DNA of 64,000 nucleotides from Octopus bimaculoides (taxonomy: Eukaryota), in NCBI RefSeq assembly GCF_001194135.2, contig NC_068996.1, forward strand, positions 13,109,316-13,173,315. The letters run 5' to 3'. The position numbers were made by a program, and so were the translations under genes. Of the stretch, positions 53,114 through 63,742 are shown in pieces. Every line of letters begins with the position of its first letter. The stretch's first letter is position 1. The notes beneath the pieces are model-generated. The model searched no databases. It saw only the letters and a list, made by a program, of their open reading frames with translations, and was not told where the DNA came from.

Positions 53114-53773
53114 NNNNNNNNNNNNNNNNNNNNNNNNNNNNNNNNNNNNNNNNNNNNNNNNNNNNNNNNNNNNNNNNNNNNNNNNNNNNNNNNNNNNNNN
53201 NNNNNNNNNNNNNNNNNNNNNNNNNNNNNNNNNNNNNNNNNNNNNNNNNNNNNNNNNNNNNNNNNNNNNNNNNNNNNNNNNNNNNNNNNNNNNNNNNNNN
53301 NNNNNNNNNNNNNNNNNNNNNNNNNNNNNNNNNNNNNNNNNNNNNNNNNNNNNNNNNNNNNNNNNNNNNNNNNNNNNNNNNNNNNNNNNNNNNNNNNNNN
53401 NNNNNNNNNNNNNNNNNNNNNNNNNNNNNNNNNNNNNNNNNNNNNNNNNNNNNNNNNNNNNNNNNNNNNNNNNNNNNNNNNNNNNNNNNNNNNNNNNNNN
53501 NNNNNNNNNNNNNNNNNNNNNNNNNNNNNNNNNNNNNNNNNNNNNNNNNNNNNNNNNNNNNNNNNNNNNNNNNNNNNNNNNNNNNNNNNNNNNNNNNNNN
53601 NNNNNNNNNNNNNNNNNNNNNNNNNNNNNNNNNNNNNNNNNNNNNNNNNNNNNNNNNNNNNNNNNNNNNNNNNNNNNNNNNNNNNNNNNNNNNNNNNNNN
53701 NNNNNNNNNNNNNNNNNNNNNNNNNNNNNNNNNNNNNNNNNNNNNNNNNNNNNNNNNNNNNNNNNNNNNNNNN

Positions 53774-53841
<68 letters not shown>

Positions 53842-53900
53842 GAAGAAGAAGAAGAATGATGATGATGATGATTATGATGCTAATAATACTAATAATAATG

Positions 53901-53960
<60 letters not shown>

Positions 53961-53962
<2 letters not shown>

Positions 53963-54115
53963 CCACATCGAAAAATACCTTAAGAATGAGAACCCAAGTT
54001 CGAAATTTCCCCCAAGGCATCTGATGAAGACTGGAGGGTACATCAGCCGAAACGTTGTGTTAACGGCAAACAAGATGAGAACAAATATCCGTCAAATGTA
54101 AATAACGTAAATAAT
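53961..54115 (+). mobile_element. Solo PLE-type pLTR fragment directly after an (AAT)n tract
   Basis: Same family as 3481-3757; contains the hammerhead at 54016-54061 and the tgtaaataa tail. Confidence 0.85.
54016..54061 (+). ncRNA. Minimal hammerhead ribozyme motif
   Basis: ggcat-CTGATGA-a-gactg-gagggtacat-cagcc-GAAA-CGTT-gtgtt; stem I retained through G-U pairs, one mismatch in stem II. Confidence 0.65.
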
Positions 54116-54144
54116 GGAATAATTACTATGAAGCATTGTGTAGA

Positions 54145-54416
54145 ATATATTGTATAAAAGATCGTGGGTAATGCCAAAACAATGCGAAGTAAATGCAAGG
54201 TAAATCACAAGAAAATACGTGAACTAATGTAGACTTACCTTGTATTCAATATTTCGGGGAAATTAACCCATTTTCAAGAAATTGACGTATGTTGCCGATG
54301 TACGTACGTGTGAGCGTGTGTGGAGTGGACATTAATTCACATATTTGTTTTCTTGTGTTACCTTGCATTTGCTTCACATTGTTTTGGCCTTGCCCACGAT
54401 CTTTTATACAATATAT
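54145..54416. mobile_element. MITE-like element with ~86-bp imperfect terminal inverted repeats
   Basis: atatattgtataaaagatcgtggg...gtgaactaatgt (54145-54230) versus acattaattcac...cccacgatcttttatacaatatat (54329-54416); outer 24 bp perfectly complementary; AT-rich ends. Confidence 0.85.
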
Positions 54417-54431
54417 ATACATATATATATT

Positions 54432-54815
54432 TCTCTTTACTTCGTTCAGTCATTGAATTGCGGCTATGCTGGGATACCACCTAGAAATACTTTTTAGTCG
54501 AACAAATTGTCTCTGGTAGTTATTTTAAAGTTTGGCACTTAATCTACAAGTCTCTTTTGCATAACCGCTAAGTTACAGGGATGTAAACAAACCAGTGCCG
54601 GCTGTCAAGCGACAATGGGCACACACATATACACAAAGACAAAGACATATAAAAAACGGTCTTTTCAATGCAATTTTATTCTACCAAATTCACTCACATG
54701 GATTTGATTGGCCCTGTACTATAGTAGAAAATATTTCCCCAAGGTGCCGCACGCTGGGAGTGAACCAAAAACTATGCGGTTGCAAGTGAGCTTCTTAACA
54801 ACATAGCCATTCCTA
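54432..54815 (-). mobile_element. SINE family B, near full length, diverged
   Basis: Head aatggctatgttgttaagaagctcac, gcggcaccttgggga, gcttgacagccggc, aacttagcggtt and gactgaacgaagtaaaga on the minus strand. Confidence 0.8.
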
Positions 54816-55639
54816 CACCTTTTACATACACACAATGTTTTTCATGAAACATTTCTGGCAGTTTTAAAATAAGTTCAGATCTTGCGTTTCGTCAGTTCTT
54901 GTGACATTGTTCTTCGTTTTGAACGTCACTTACTGTAAAAAATTATGAATCGTTATTCTGTAAAGGATTATTAAGAGAGTCAATTCTGTGATAAATCTTT
55001 TCCTTGCACTTTAAATTTCGACATAAATTTACTTCTCTCAATATTTTTACCTCCAAATGATTGAATTTGGAAAACACAGTTATATGTTCGAATGTTGTTA
55101 AAATGTTTTAATTCTGAAGTGGTACTCAAATGAAGACTTGTCTTTATAAATCATTCTGGCTCAATTTTAGGTAAAATGGACATTACCAGTAGAATAACAC
55201 ATACCTAATGATTCTTTGTCCCACTTTCTAGCATCGCGTTCGTTATATGTTTTACACACAGAGCCCAGGGATAAAATACTTTCAGATATATAATCATGAT
55301 TAGGATCATAATTAATCGCTATAGATTCCGTCCATACTTTTTCTACACATTTTCTCAACAAGACTTTCTCTTTTAATCTTATTTCCCACATTTTTCACTC
55401 ACCTGTGCTTTATTTCTACTATATCTCTCTCTCTCTCCTTTCTTGCAATCTTAATTTCTTTGCCTTACTTTTTTCTTGCGCTTTGTAATTTCTGTAATTT
55501 TCCTTCGCTCTCTGCAATCTTGTTTCTCTACTTCTATCATTTTTTCTTTTGTTCTATTTTCATATTCTTTCAGTTTTTGCAACCATATTTCAGTCTTGTG
55601 ATATATCTTTTTCCTTCACATCTCTCTTATCTTCATAAT

Positions 55640-56000
55640 GTATCATGAAAAAGAGGGCATCGTAGTGGTTGCGGTCAATTTCCCCACTATATGATACAAA
55701 TATTTTTCATTTTGTAACCGTTCGATCACATATAGAGAAAGGTTAAAAACAAATTTCATAGACATTTTTGTGTTGAACCTGAATTGCTACATTATGCAAT
55801 TCACTAATGGCTGCCAATTCAATATCATTACCGTATGTTCCATCTCTACTCTTGTATGTTTGATATCCCTGAATTGTGCGTTTGGGGGCAAGGGAATGAA
55901 AATATCTCCAATTATTGCTATTTGTACTGTTATTGCGAAAGAGTGACACAGTTCTGCACAAGCGGTATCACTGCCCATAACATTTTAAAGTTAATTCCAT
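55640..56000 (-). pseudogene. OTU-like cysteine protease domain remnant, probably transposon-derived
   Basis: MGSDTACAELC then (other frame) NNWRYF...YKSRDGTYGNDIELAAISELHNVAIQV...IFVSYSG; matches the OTU pattern G..WG..IEL.A.SE.Y.V.I...L.Y.G..HY. Frameshifted, with stops. Confidence 0.55.
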
Positions 56001-56833
56001 TGTGTTCAATATTTTTTGATGAATCTAATAAAGTACTTTGCCTTTAGTTTAAACTTTAGATGGCTTCTTCACGAAGAGACTGGTGATTGATAATGTGAAC
56101 ACCATAGACTGAAAAATGTATAAACAATACGAATTTCCTGTTAAGGAATCTGACTTTCTCGCTTCGAGATAGATGACAGGATAAGTGCAATTTTATAAGT
56201 TGTGAAAAAGAAATTAATATTTCTCAATGAATTTAATAAGGTACTTCACCTTCAATGTTGACTTTAAACGTCTTCTTCGTGGAGAGTACGGGGATCAAGC
56301 AAAAGCGATATGACTCCAAGCAATTAACAAACGATAACTTTTTTTTTTACAAAGGTATCGTCTGCTGGGAGAAAGGAATACTTCAGTTCTTTTCAAATGA
56401 TATCAGTTTAAATACATGCGTGTATGTGTGTGCGTTTGTGTATGTAAATGCGAGAAGGAGAGAGAGAAAGAAAGAGAGAGAGAGAAGGAGAAAGTGAGAA
56501 AGAGAGAGAGAGAAAGAGATAGCGAGCGAGTAAACGGGAGCAAGAGAATGATATAAAAAGACAAAGAGAAAAAGGCAGATAGGATACCATACGGTAAGAG
56601 AAAATGATTTGCAAACAGGAAAATTGGATAAATAAATAGATAGATTGATAGGTGGATTGATAGATAGATAGAGGGAGAGAAAGAGCAAGAGAGAGGGAGA
56701 GAGTAAGAAAAAGAGAGAGACAGACAGAAAGTGACAGACAGACAGGCAAACAGATAGCTAAATTGACACAGAGAGAAAGAGGGAAGAGAACAAACAGAAA
56801 TAGATTGTATATGGACATTACTAAATTGAAATA

Positions 56834-56870
<37 letters not shown>

Positions 56871-57014
56871 ATGGTGTTGTTTAGCTCTACAGTAAACATA
56901 ATCAAGTAGATCTATATTTTAAAGTACTCAAGCTATAAACACGTCTTTGTTTTCTTCTAATTCAATGTGTTCTTGGATAACAGTGTGTGGTATTCAGGGA
57001 AGTTTGACTTTAAT

Positions 57015-57070
<56 letters not shown>

Positions 57071-57273
57071 GTATATATTGTGTGTATTTGGGGCTAGTCA
57101 TGTTGCCAGCTTAGCCAATAAAAACGCAGGCACTATATATTTGGCTAAACTGGCAACATAACCATCTCCAAATACAACAATATCTGTCTCAACACACGAA
57201 CTCACATCAAGAATCTTGTAAAACGAATACATAGACGTACAAAAATATATGTGCCTCGGTGTGTGTGTGTGTA

Positions 57274-57317
<44 letters not shown>

Positions 57318-57330
57318 TGTGTGTGATCTT

Positions 57331-57445
57331 ACAATGTTAGGGTCTAAAAAATGTGCGAGCAATAAAGAGGCCAGGGAAGTTCTCCAACAAACTACTTGTT
57401 CCCCAACTCTCTCTCTCTGTCTCTGTCTCTGTCTCTGTCTGTCTC

Positions 57446-57479
<34 letters not shown>

Positions 57480-57490
57480 CTTCTCTCTCT
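57331..57490 (+). repeat. ~80-bp interspersed unit abutting (CT)n, copy 2
   Basis: Near-identical to 49872-49950; preceded by (GT)n, followed by (CT)/(CTGT)n. Confidence 0.9.
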
Positions 57491-57499
57491 ATCTCTCTT

Positions 57500-57752
57500 G
57501 GTTACGACGACAAGAGTTCCAGTTGATCCGATCAACAGAACAGCTTGCTCGTGAAATTAACGTGCAAGTAACTGAGATATTCCACAGACACACGTACCCT
57601 TAACGTAGTTCACTGGGAACTTCAGCGTGTCACAAAATGTGACAAGGCTGGCCCTTTTTAAAATACTCAATTTTGCCAGCTGAATGGAATAACATGAAAT
57701 AAAGTGTCTTGCGCAAGGACACAACGCGTCGCCGGGAATTGAACTCACGATC
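57500..57752 (-). mobile_element. tRNA-type SINE, family C, 5' end lost in the gap
   Basis: Minus strand gatcgtgagttcaattcccggcgacgcgttgtgtccttgcgcaagacactttatttc: B-box followed by a tgtgtccttg..caagacact core. Confidence 0.75.
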
Positions 57753-58719
57753 GTATGTATATANNNNNNNNNNNNNNNNNNNNNNNNNNNNNNNNNNNNN
57801 NNNNNNNNNNNNNNNNNNNNNNNNNNNNNNNNNNNNNNNNNNNNNNNNNNNNNNNNNNNNNNNNNNNNNNNNNNNNNNNNNNNNNNNNNNNNNNNNNNNN
57901 NNNNNNNNNNNNNNNNNNNNNNNNNNNNNNNNNNNNNNNNNNNNNNNNNNNNNNNNNNNNNNNNNNNNNNNNNNNNNNNNNNNNNNNNNNNNNNNNNNNN
58001 NNNNNNNNNNNNNNNNNNNNNNNNNNNNNNNNNNNNNNNNNNNNNNNNNNNNNNNNNNNNNNNNNNNNNNNNNNNNNNNNNNNNNNNNNNNNNNNNNNNN
58101 NNNNNNNNNNNNNNNNNNNNNNNNNNNNNNNNNNNNNNNNNNNNNNNNNNNNNNNNNNNNNNNNNNNNNNNNNNNNNNNNNNNNNNNNNNNNNNGAAAAT
58201 GCACATATACTCATGTGTATTTGACCATGCGACATCAAAATCACATAAGGAAATGCATTCACAAATTTATCGACCAGTGAGTTCCGCATCTCTCCTCAAG
58301 AATTTACCCCATGTGCGCCACAAATAATCCCGCAGAAAAAGACTGCAGTTTAACCATCCAATAGAAGATCATCAATATAAATACAGGTATAGGGCAGGGA
58401 ATTGCCAATTAGTTAATAAAATTAATAATTAACAATTTTGCCAAGTAGTTCAGTATGCAAAAAAACCTTTATCGGTAAAAACATTTACAATTATAAATAT
58501 ATAGGGATCAACATGAGATTGCTTCACCAACATACTGAAAATTTAGAAATAGCAGTCAAAGAACTACTAACTCTAAACTACAATTTTTCTCTAACGGATG
58601 GCGATATTTACGGTACACATAGAACAAAAACAGAAGAGAAAATAAAAAAACAAACCTGGCTTTAGTTAATCATGTACGACGTTTCGTGATTAAGAATATA
58701 AAATGTTCACCAGAAATGA

Positions 58720-59401
58720 TTTTTCGATCAATTTACAACAGTCGATCAAGATCAAGTTGTTCAATACCCTCTTGAATTTCTCAACATACTTAAACCCACT
58801 GGGATGCCACCGCATAAGTTGACACTAAAACTCGGTGCTCCCATTATGTTGCTTAGAAATTTTGACCGATCTCACCTATGTAATGGAATTCGCTTAATAG
58901 TTACTTCCATGAAGGCCCATGTCCTACAGGCAACAATCATTACAGGTTGTCACAAAGGAGAAAATGTCTTTATTCTCAAACTTCCTCTCATACCTACAGA
59001 TGTTCCATTTGAATTTAAGAGGCTTCAGTTTCCAGTCAAACTAAGTTTGGTATTTCAATTAACAAATCTCAGGGTTAATCCCTCAAGGTAGTTGGACTTG
59101 ATCTCTCTACTACATGCTTCACCCAAGACCAACTCTATGTTGCTTGCTCGCGAGTTGGAAACAACAACAATTTATTCATTTCAACACCTACAAAAAAATT
59201 ACATGACAAATATTGTTTACCCTGAGGTGCTTCAACATTGACAGATTTTCAGTTCAAAATTCTATTAACATTAGAGTTTGGATATTTTTTGATAATATAT
59301 TGATATTTTGAAATAATTATGAGAATATTTCTTTATATTTATTGTTTACTAATCTGAATAAGGACAGCTGCAACCCGGGCAACGCCAGGTCATTCAGTTA
59401 G
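58720..59401 (+). mobile_element. Helitron 3' end: PIF1-like helicase C-terminus plus terminal hairpin and (C)TAG
   Basis: YPLEFLNILKPTGMPPHKLTLKLGAPIMLLRN...LCNGIRL...FKRLQFPVKLS / SINKSQG*SLKVVGLDL...QLYVACSRVG...TNIVYPEVLQH*; hairpin acccgggcaacgccaggt (59373-59390) then ttag|t at 59398-59402. Confidence 0.92.
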
Positions 59402-59472
<71 letters not shown>

Positions 59473-59832
59473 ATATATATATATAAATATATATAGAGAG
59501 AGAGCGAGTGAGAGTGATATACATCTATATACATAAAGTTATACATTCATGTCTATCTACACACAAATACACACGTATTGTTTTCTATAGTCATCGTCAG
59601 CAACGATTTCTGCTTGTTGGCGAATTATTGTGTGTGTATATATGCGTGAGGATCAGTGAGAGGGGGAAGAAAGAGAAGGGGAGAGATNNNNNNNNNNNNN
59701 NNNNNNNNNNNNNNNNNNNNNNNNNNNNNNNNNNNNNNNNNNNNNNNNNNNNNNNNNNNNNNNNNNNNNNNNNNNNNNNNNNNNNNNNNNNNNNNNNNNN
59801 NNNNNNNNNNNNNNNNNNNNNNNNNNNNNNNN

Positions 59833-59902
<70 letters not shown>

Positions 59903-60877
59903 TGTGCGTGTGCGTGTGTATGTGTGTGTGTGTTTGTCTGTGTAATTAAGCATATGATTCTGTGCCACGGACACAAAGACACGTTTCTCTGAATAACATC
60001 TGTTTTGAAGTTATCATTCATCTAGCGCTCCGCTTATTTATATGCACCTCACACCCATCCTACTCTCCATTCCACTTACTGCTCAAACATAGCCCACTAG
60101 TCTATGACAATTTGTTAATTTATCAGAAGATAATTACTCCCCCCCCCACACACACGTGTGTATGTATGTATGTAATTTAATAAACACTACTTTTTCATTA
60201 AAAGGTGAAATAATTGACAATTATTGTCGTGTTCTAAATATACAAAATACGGCTGTGGAAGCCAAGTTGTACAGAATATATATGTTAAACCCAACAAACT
60301 CTGCTGGGTCAAATATATCCCCATAATTTTCCCAATCAACTAAGGAACAATGAAACTTGGAAACAATTTGGAAGTTAGAACTATTATACGATTGTTCAAC
60401 GATCTATTTAAAAGACTTTGAAAAGCACTAATGCTGGAATAAGAATAAGACTCAGGTGAGTCGTATCGTTTTTAACTGCAGAATATTATCGGTGGTCAGA
60501 AAAATATCAGCCATGTTACAAATATCTGAATTATATACGGTGCAGCATGCAGGCTTATATAAATATAAAGAGTTTCTTGTTGTCATATATTTGTAATATA
60601 TAAATATTTCTACTGTGAAATATCTCATGAGAGAAGAAGCGCGTGAAATTAAGTTACACCAACTGCTAAATTCGAAGAATCCACGGTTTGTGATCCCAAT
60701 ATAAATCATACCAAATTAATTAAATTTCGTATTGCTAAGTATCAAAGATTTTAGCTTTAAGAAAACACATGATTCTTTCTTTCGTTCTTTCTCATTTTGA
60801 TCCTCTCTTTCTATAGGTGTGTGTATACATTCATATATACATAGATATATATGTATATGAATATATATGCGTGTGCA

Positions 60878-60916
<39 letters not shown>

Positions 60917-61497
60917 GTGTGCGTGTATGTATGTGTATGTATGTGTATGTATGTGTATATCATATATNNNNNNNNNNNNNNNNNNNNNNNNNNNNNNNNN
61001 NNNNNNNNNNNNNNNNNNNNNNNNNNNNNNNNNNNNNNNNNNNNNNNNNNNNNNNNNNNNNNNNNNNNNNNNNNNNNNNNNNNNNNNNNNNNNNNNNNNN
61101 NNNNNNNNNNNNNNNNNNNNNNNNNNNNNNNNNNNNNNNNNNNNNNNNNNNNNNNNNNNNNNNNNNNNNNNNNNNNNNNNNNNNNNNNNNNNNNNNNNNN
61201 NNNNNNNNNNNNNNNNNNNNNNNNNNNNNNNNNNNNNNNNNNNNNNNNNNNNNNNNNNNNNNNNNNNNNNNNNNNNNNNNNNNNNNNNNNNNNNNNNNNN
61301 NNNNNNNNNNNNNNNNNNNNNNNNNNNNNNNNNNNNNNNNNNNNNNNNNNNNNNNNNNNNNNNNNNNNNNNNNNNNNNNNNNNNNNNNNNNNNNNNNNNN
61401 NNNNNNNNNNNNNNNNNNNNNNNNNNNNNNNNNNNNNNNNNNNNNNNNNNNNNNNNNNNNNNNNNNNNNNNNNNNNNNNNNNNNNNNNNNNNNNNNN

Positions 61498-61530
<33 letters not shown>

Positions 61531-61616
61531 AATTAACTGCGTAAAAGACAATACGAAGAGTATTCCATCCAACGAGAGTTCAATATTACTAAATGTTTCA
61601 ACTACATGTACTTGTC

Positions 61617-61661
61617 ACGCTACTAATAGTTTTCCCGAACATGCGTACGTTTATCAGGCAT
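61617..61661 (-). ncRNA. Minimal hammerhead motif with G8-to-A core change
   Basis: atgc-CTGATAA-a-cgtac-gcat-gttcg-g-GAAA-actatta-GTA-gcgt: stem I atgc/gcgt, stem II with one mismatch, GUA triplet. Confidence 0.6.
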
Positions 61662-61824
61662 CAATCGCCTTTTGTAGTGTAGGTGGTCCTGAGTCGAAAA
61701 ATATGGTTTTCCGACGCATACTTTGTACCAGTTCCTCAACTTTCTCTACCAGCCTTCTAAGATATAGCTGCTTAGATGGTATGGGTATATTTTTGGTGGA
61801 ATAGTCGATATGATACAAGTCCAT
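61654..61824 (-). CDS. 56-aa ORF resembling the N-terminus of Penelope/Poseidon-type ORFs (below the ORF-track cut-off)
   Basis: MDLYHIDYSTKNIPIPSKQLYLRRLVEKVEELVQSMRRKTIFFDSGPPTLQKAIDA*; recalls the PLE N-terminal pattern YS.KNIPIP...Y...L..K.E....RMRWKA.FF. The stop is the TGA of the hammerhead CTGA. Expression not shown. Confidence 0.6.
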   Translation of the reverse strand: MDLYHIDYSTKNIPIPSKQLYLRRLVEKVEELVQSMRRKTIFFDSGPPTLQKAIDA

Positions 61825-62004
61825 ATTTGCGTGAAACTTGATTGAGTCTTTTAAGAGTGTCTCCCTTATCCTGTATTCTTGCCAAAAATTAAATGAATAT
61901 GCAGTGAACAGTAGTCACCAGGGCACGAATATAAGAAATTAACTGAGTAAAAGTCAATACGAAGTGTACTCCATCCAATGCGAGTTCAATATTACAAAAC
62001 GTTT

Positions 62005-62220
62005 AAGGCGGTGAGGTGGCAGAAACGTTAGCCCGTCGGGTGAAATACTTAGCGGTATTTCGTCTGTCTTTACGTTCTGAGTTCAAATTCCACCGAGGTC
62101 GACTTTACCTTTTATCCTTTCGGAGTCGATAAATTAAGTATCAGTTGCGCACTGGGGTCGATCTAATCGACTGGTCCCCCTTCCCAAAATTTCTGGCCTT
62201 GTGTCTAGACTAGAAAATAA
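62005..62220 (+). mobile_element. SINE family A, full length, inserted in the mini-element with a degenerate 15-bp TSD
   Basis: Same head and core as 13596-13820; flanks tattacaaaacgttt (61990-62004) and tattagtaaacgttt (62221-62235). Confidence 0.9.
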
Positions 62221-62228
62221 TATTAGTA

Positions 62229-62329
62229 AACGTTTCAACTATATGTACTTATCGCGCTGATGAACGTACGCATGTACGGGAAACTATTAATAGCTTAGTA
62301 GCGCGATAAGTACATGTAGTTGAAACGTT
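62229..62329 (+). ncRNA. Hammerhead ribozyme motif with intact core enclosed in a 28-bp stem
   Basis: 28-bp arm (62229-62256)-CTGATGA (62257-62263)-a-cgtac-gcat-gtacg-g-GAAA (62280-62283)-cta-ttaatagct-tag-TA (62299-62300)-g-28-bp arm (62302-62329); arms complementary with one G-U pair. Confidence 0.7.
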
Positions 62330-62989
62330 GAGTAATATATATATATATATATATTCATACATACAGCCACAGCATGAACTAATAATCAGAATTCCTGTGC
62401 GTGCTCGCAAGCGTAGGTGTGGTTGTGGTAAAAGGCTTAGAGACCCAACTTCATGTAAGTCTGCTCACACAAATATGACCTATACTGAATCAGGGCAAGT
62501 TTGGAATTGTTTCTTGATCCCATTGGTCCACCAGTATGCGACTCAAATTGGAATCACCCTGTTACACTTTTAGTGCTTACGAGTAGACGTATGGAAGGCA
62601 AAAGGAACTGAGAATTATATTTGACTTATTCAGAATTTGGATAACGAACATTGTTATGAAACAATCCCTTTAATTTTTATACATGTTTAAGCAGTGATAC
62701 ATTTTTCAGAGGGTACCATCCCTCTGAGTAGAAACTTTTTTAATGATAAAATTGCTTTTTCCACCAGACAAAATAAATAGAATATGAAGAGATAACAAAT
62801 TTCCTCATTTTGAATCTACTCTTCAAGAAGAAAAATATTTTCTTTTATAACACGAATCAACTTAATATTTCTTTCAAGCGGTTTTAACAGTCAAAGTAGA
62901 ATTCGGGAGCAGTAAAATTTATATTTATGCCCATTGAAATGCGTTATAAATGTTGCATATATTATTAGGATAGAAAGGTGAGAAAACTA

Positions 62990-63135
62990 CATTAGAAGTG
63001 AGGAGAAGCCATATAATGGAAGGTGGGGAGGGAGTGGTGGAAGAAAACCAGAATGGAGAAAACATTTGGATTTTGATAAAAAGGATAGGAACGATCCAAT
63101 GAAGTTTTGACTCGACATAACTCACCATGCAATTA
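62990..63135 (-). mobile_element. Possible decayed PLE RT fragment
   Basis: VSYVESK resembles FVGYVEAQ, and tcgttcctatccttttt-atcaaaatcc resembles the FLSFVKSF segment of the 1-750 element; the catalytic DD is not visible. Confidence 0.25.
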
Positions 63136-63654
63136 CAAATAAAATTAACAGTTATTAACTGTAATAAATTTTGCTTTATAGTGTTACTTTATATAAGTGA
63201 TGGTATAACAGGAAGATGAAAGTGTTCAGGTGATTTTGTAGCTCTGGGTTCTTTTGAGAATAAATGCCGTTTTTAATGTTATGTAGCCCATTATAGTCAG
63301 TGTAACTAATTATTTTATTTTATACTACAATGCACCCTCAAACGTTTGTATTGTACGTTATTACTATTCACATTTCATGAGTGCCGATTCAGTGATAACA
63401 GTCAAGGTATTTCGATGTGATACAATGAACTGTGTTTGACACGGTTGAGGAAACCTGTTTAAATGGTGGTAGGTTGGCGACTACCAAAATACTTGCGCTT
63501 TGGCGTCCAGGACAAACGGAGATGAATATTGTTATTTTATCCAGTAATTCTCTCATAAGTGTTATGTTGACTGTTTAAGCTGTTTCAAAAAACCTTAATA
63601 AAAGACAAAACTAGAACTCATTCATATTATCAACTCAGAAAAGTTTAAAAGAAA

Positions 63655-63656
<2 letters not shown>

Positions 63657-63731
<75 letters not shown>

Positions 63732-63742
63732 GTCTATCTATC
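63657..63742. repeat. (TCTA)n microsatellite
   Basis: Direct inspection. Confidence 0.95.

Larger units (their letters stand above)
61527..62337 (-). mobile_element. Non-autonomous PLE-derived mini-element with tandem and inverted hammerhead-bearing repeats, flanked by (TA)n
   Basis: Direct repeats 61527-61621 and 61933-62258 (SINE removed) about 87% identical; hammerheads at 61617-61661 (-) and 62257-62310 (+); PLE N-terminal mini-ORF between them; (TA)n on both sides. Confidence 0.8.

Noticed and set aside
58195-58330. AHIL next to the gap as a Helitron Rep HUH motif
   Set aside because: Four-residue match only; downstream residues do not follow the Rep pattern clearly.
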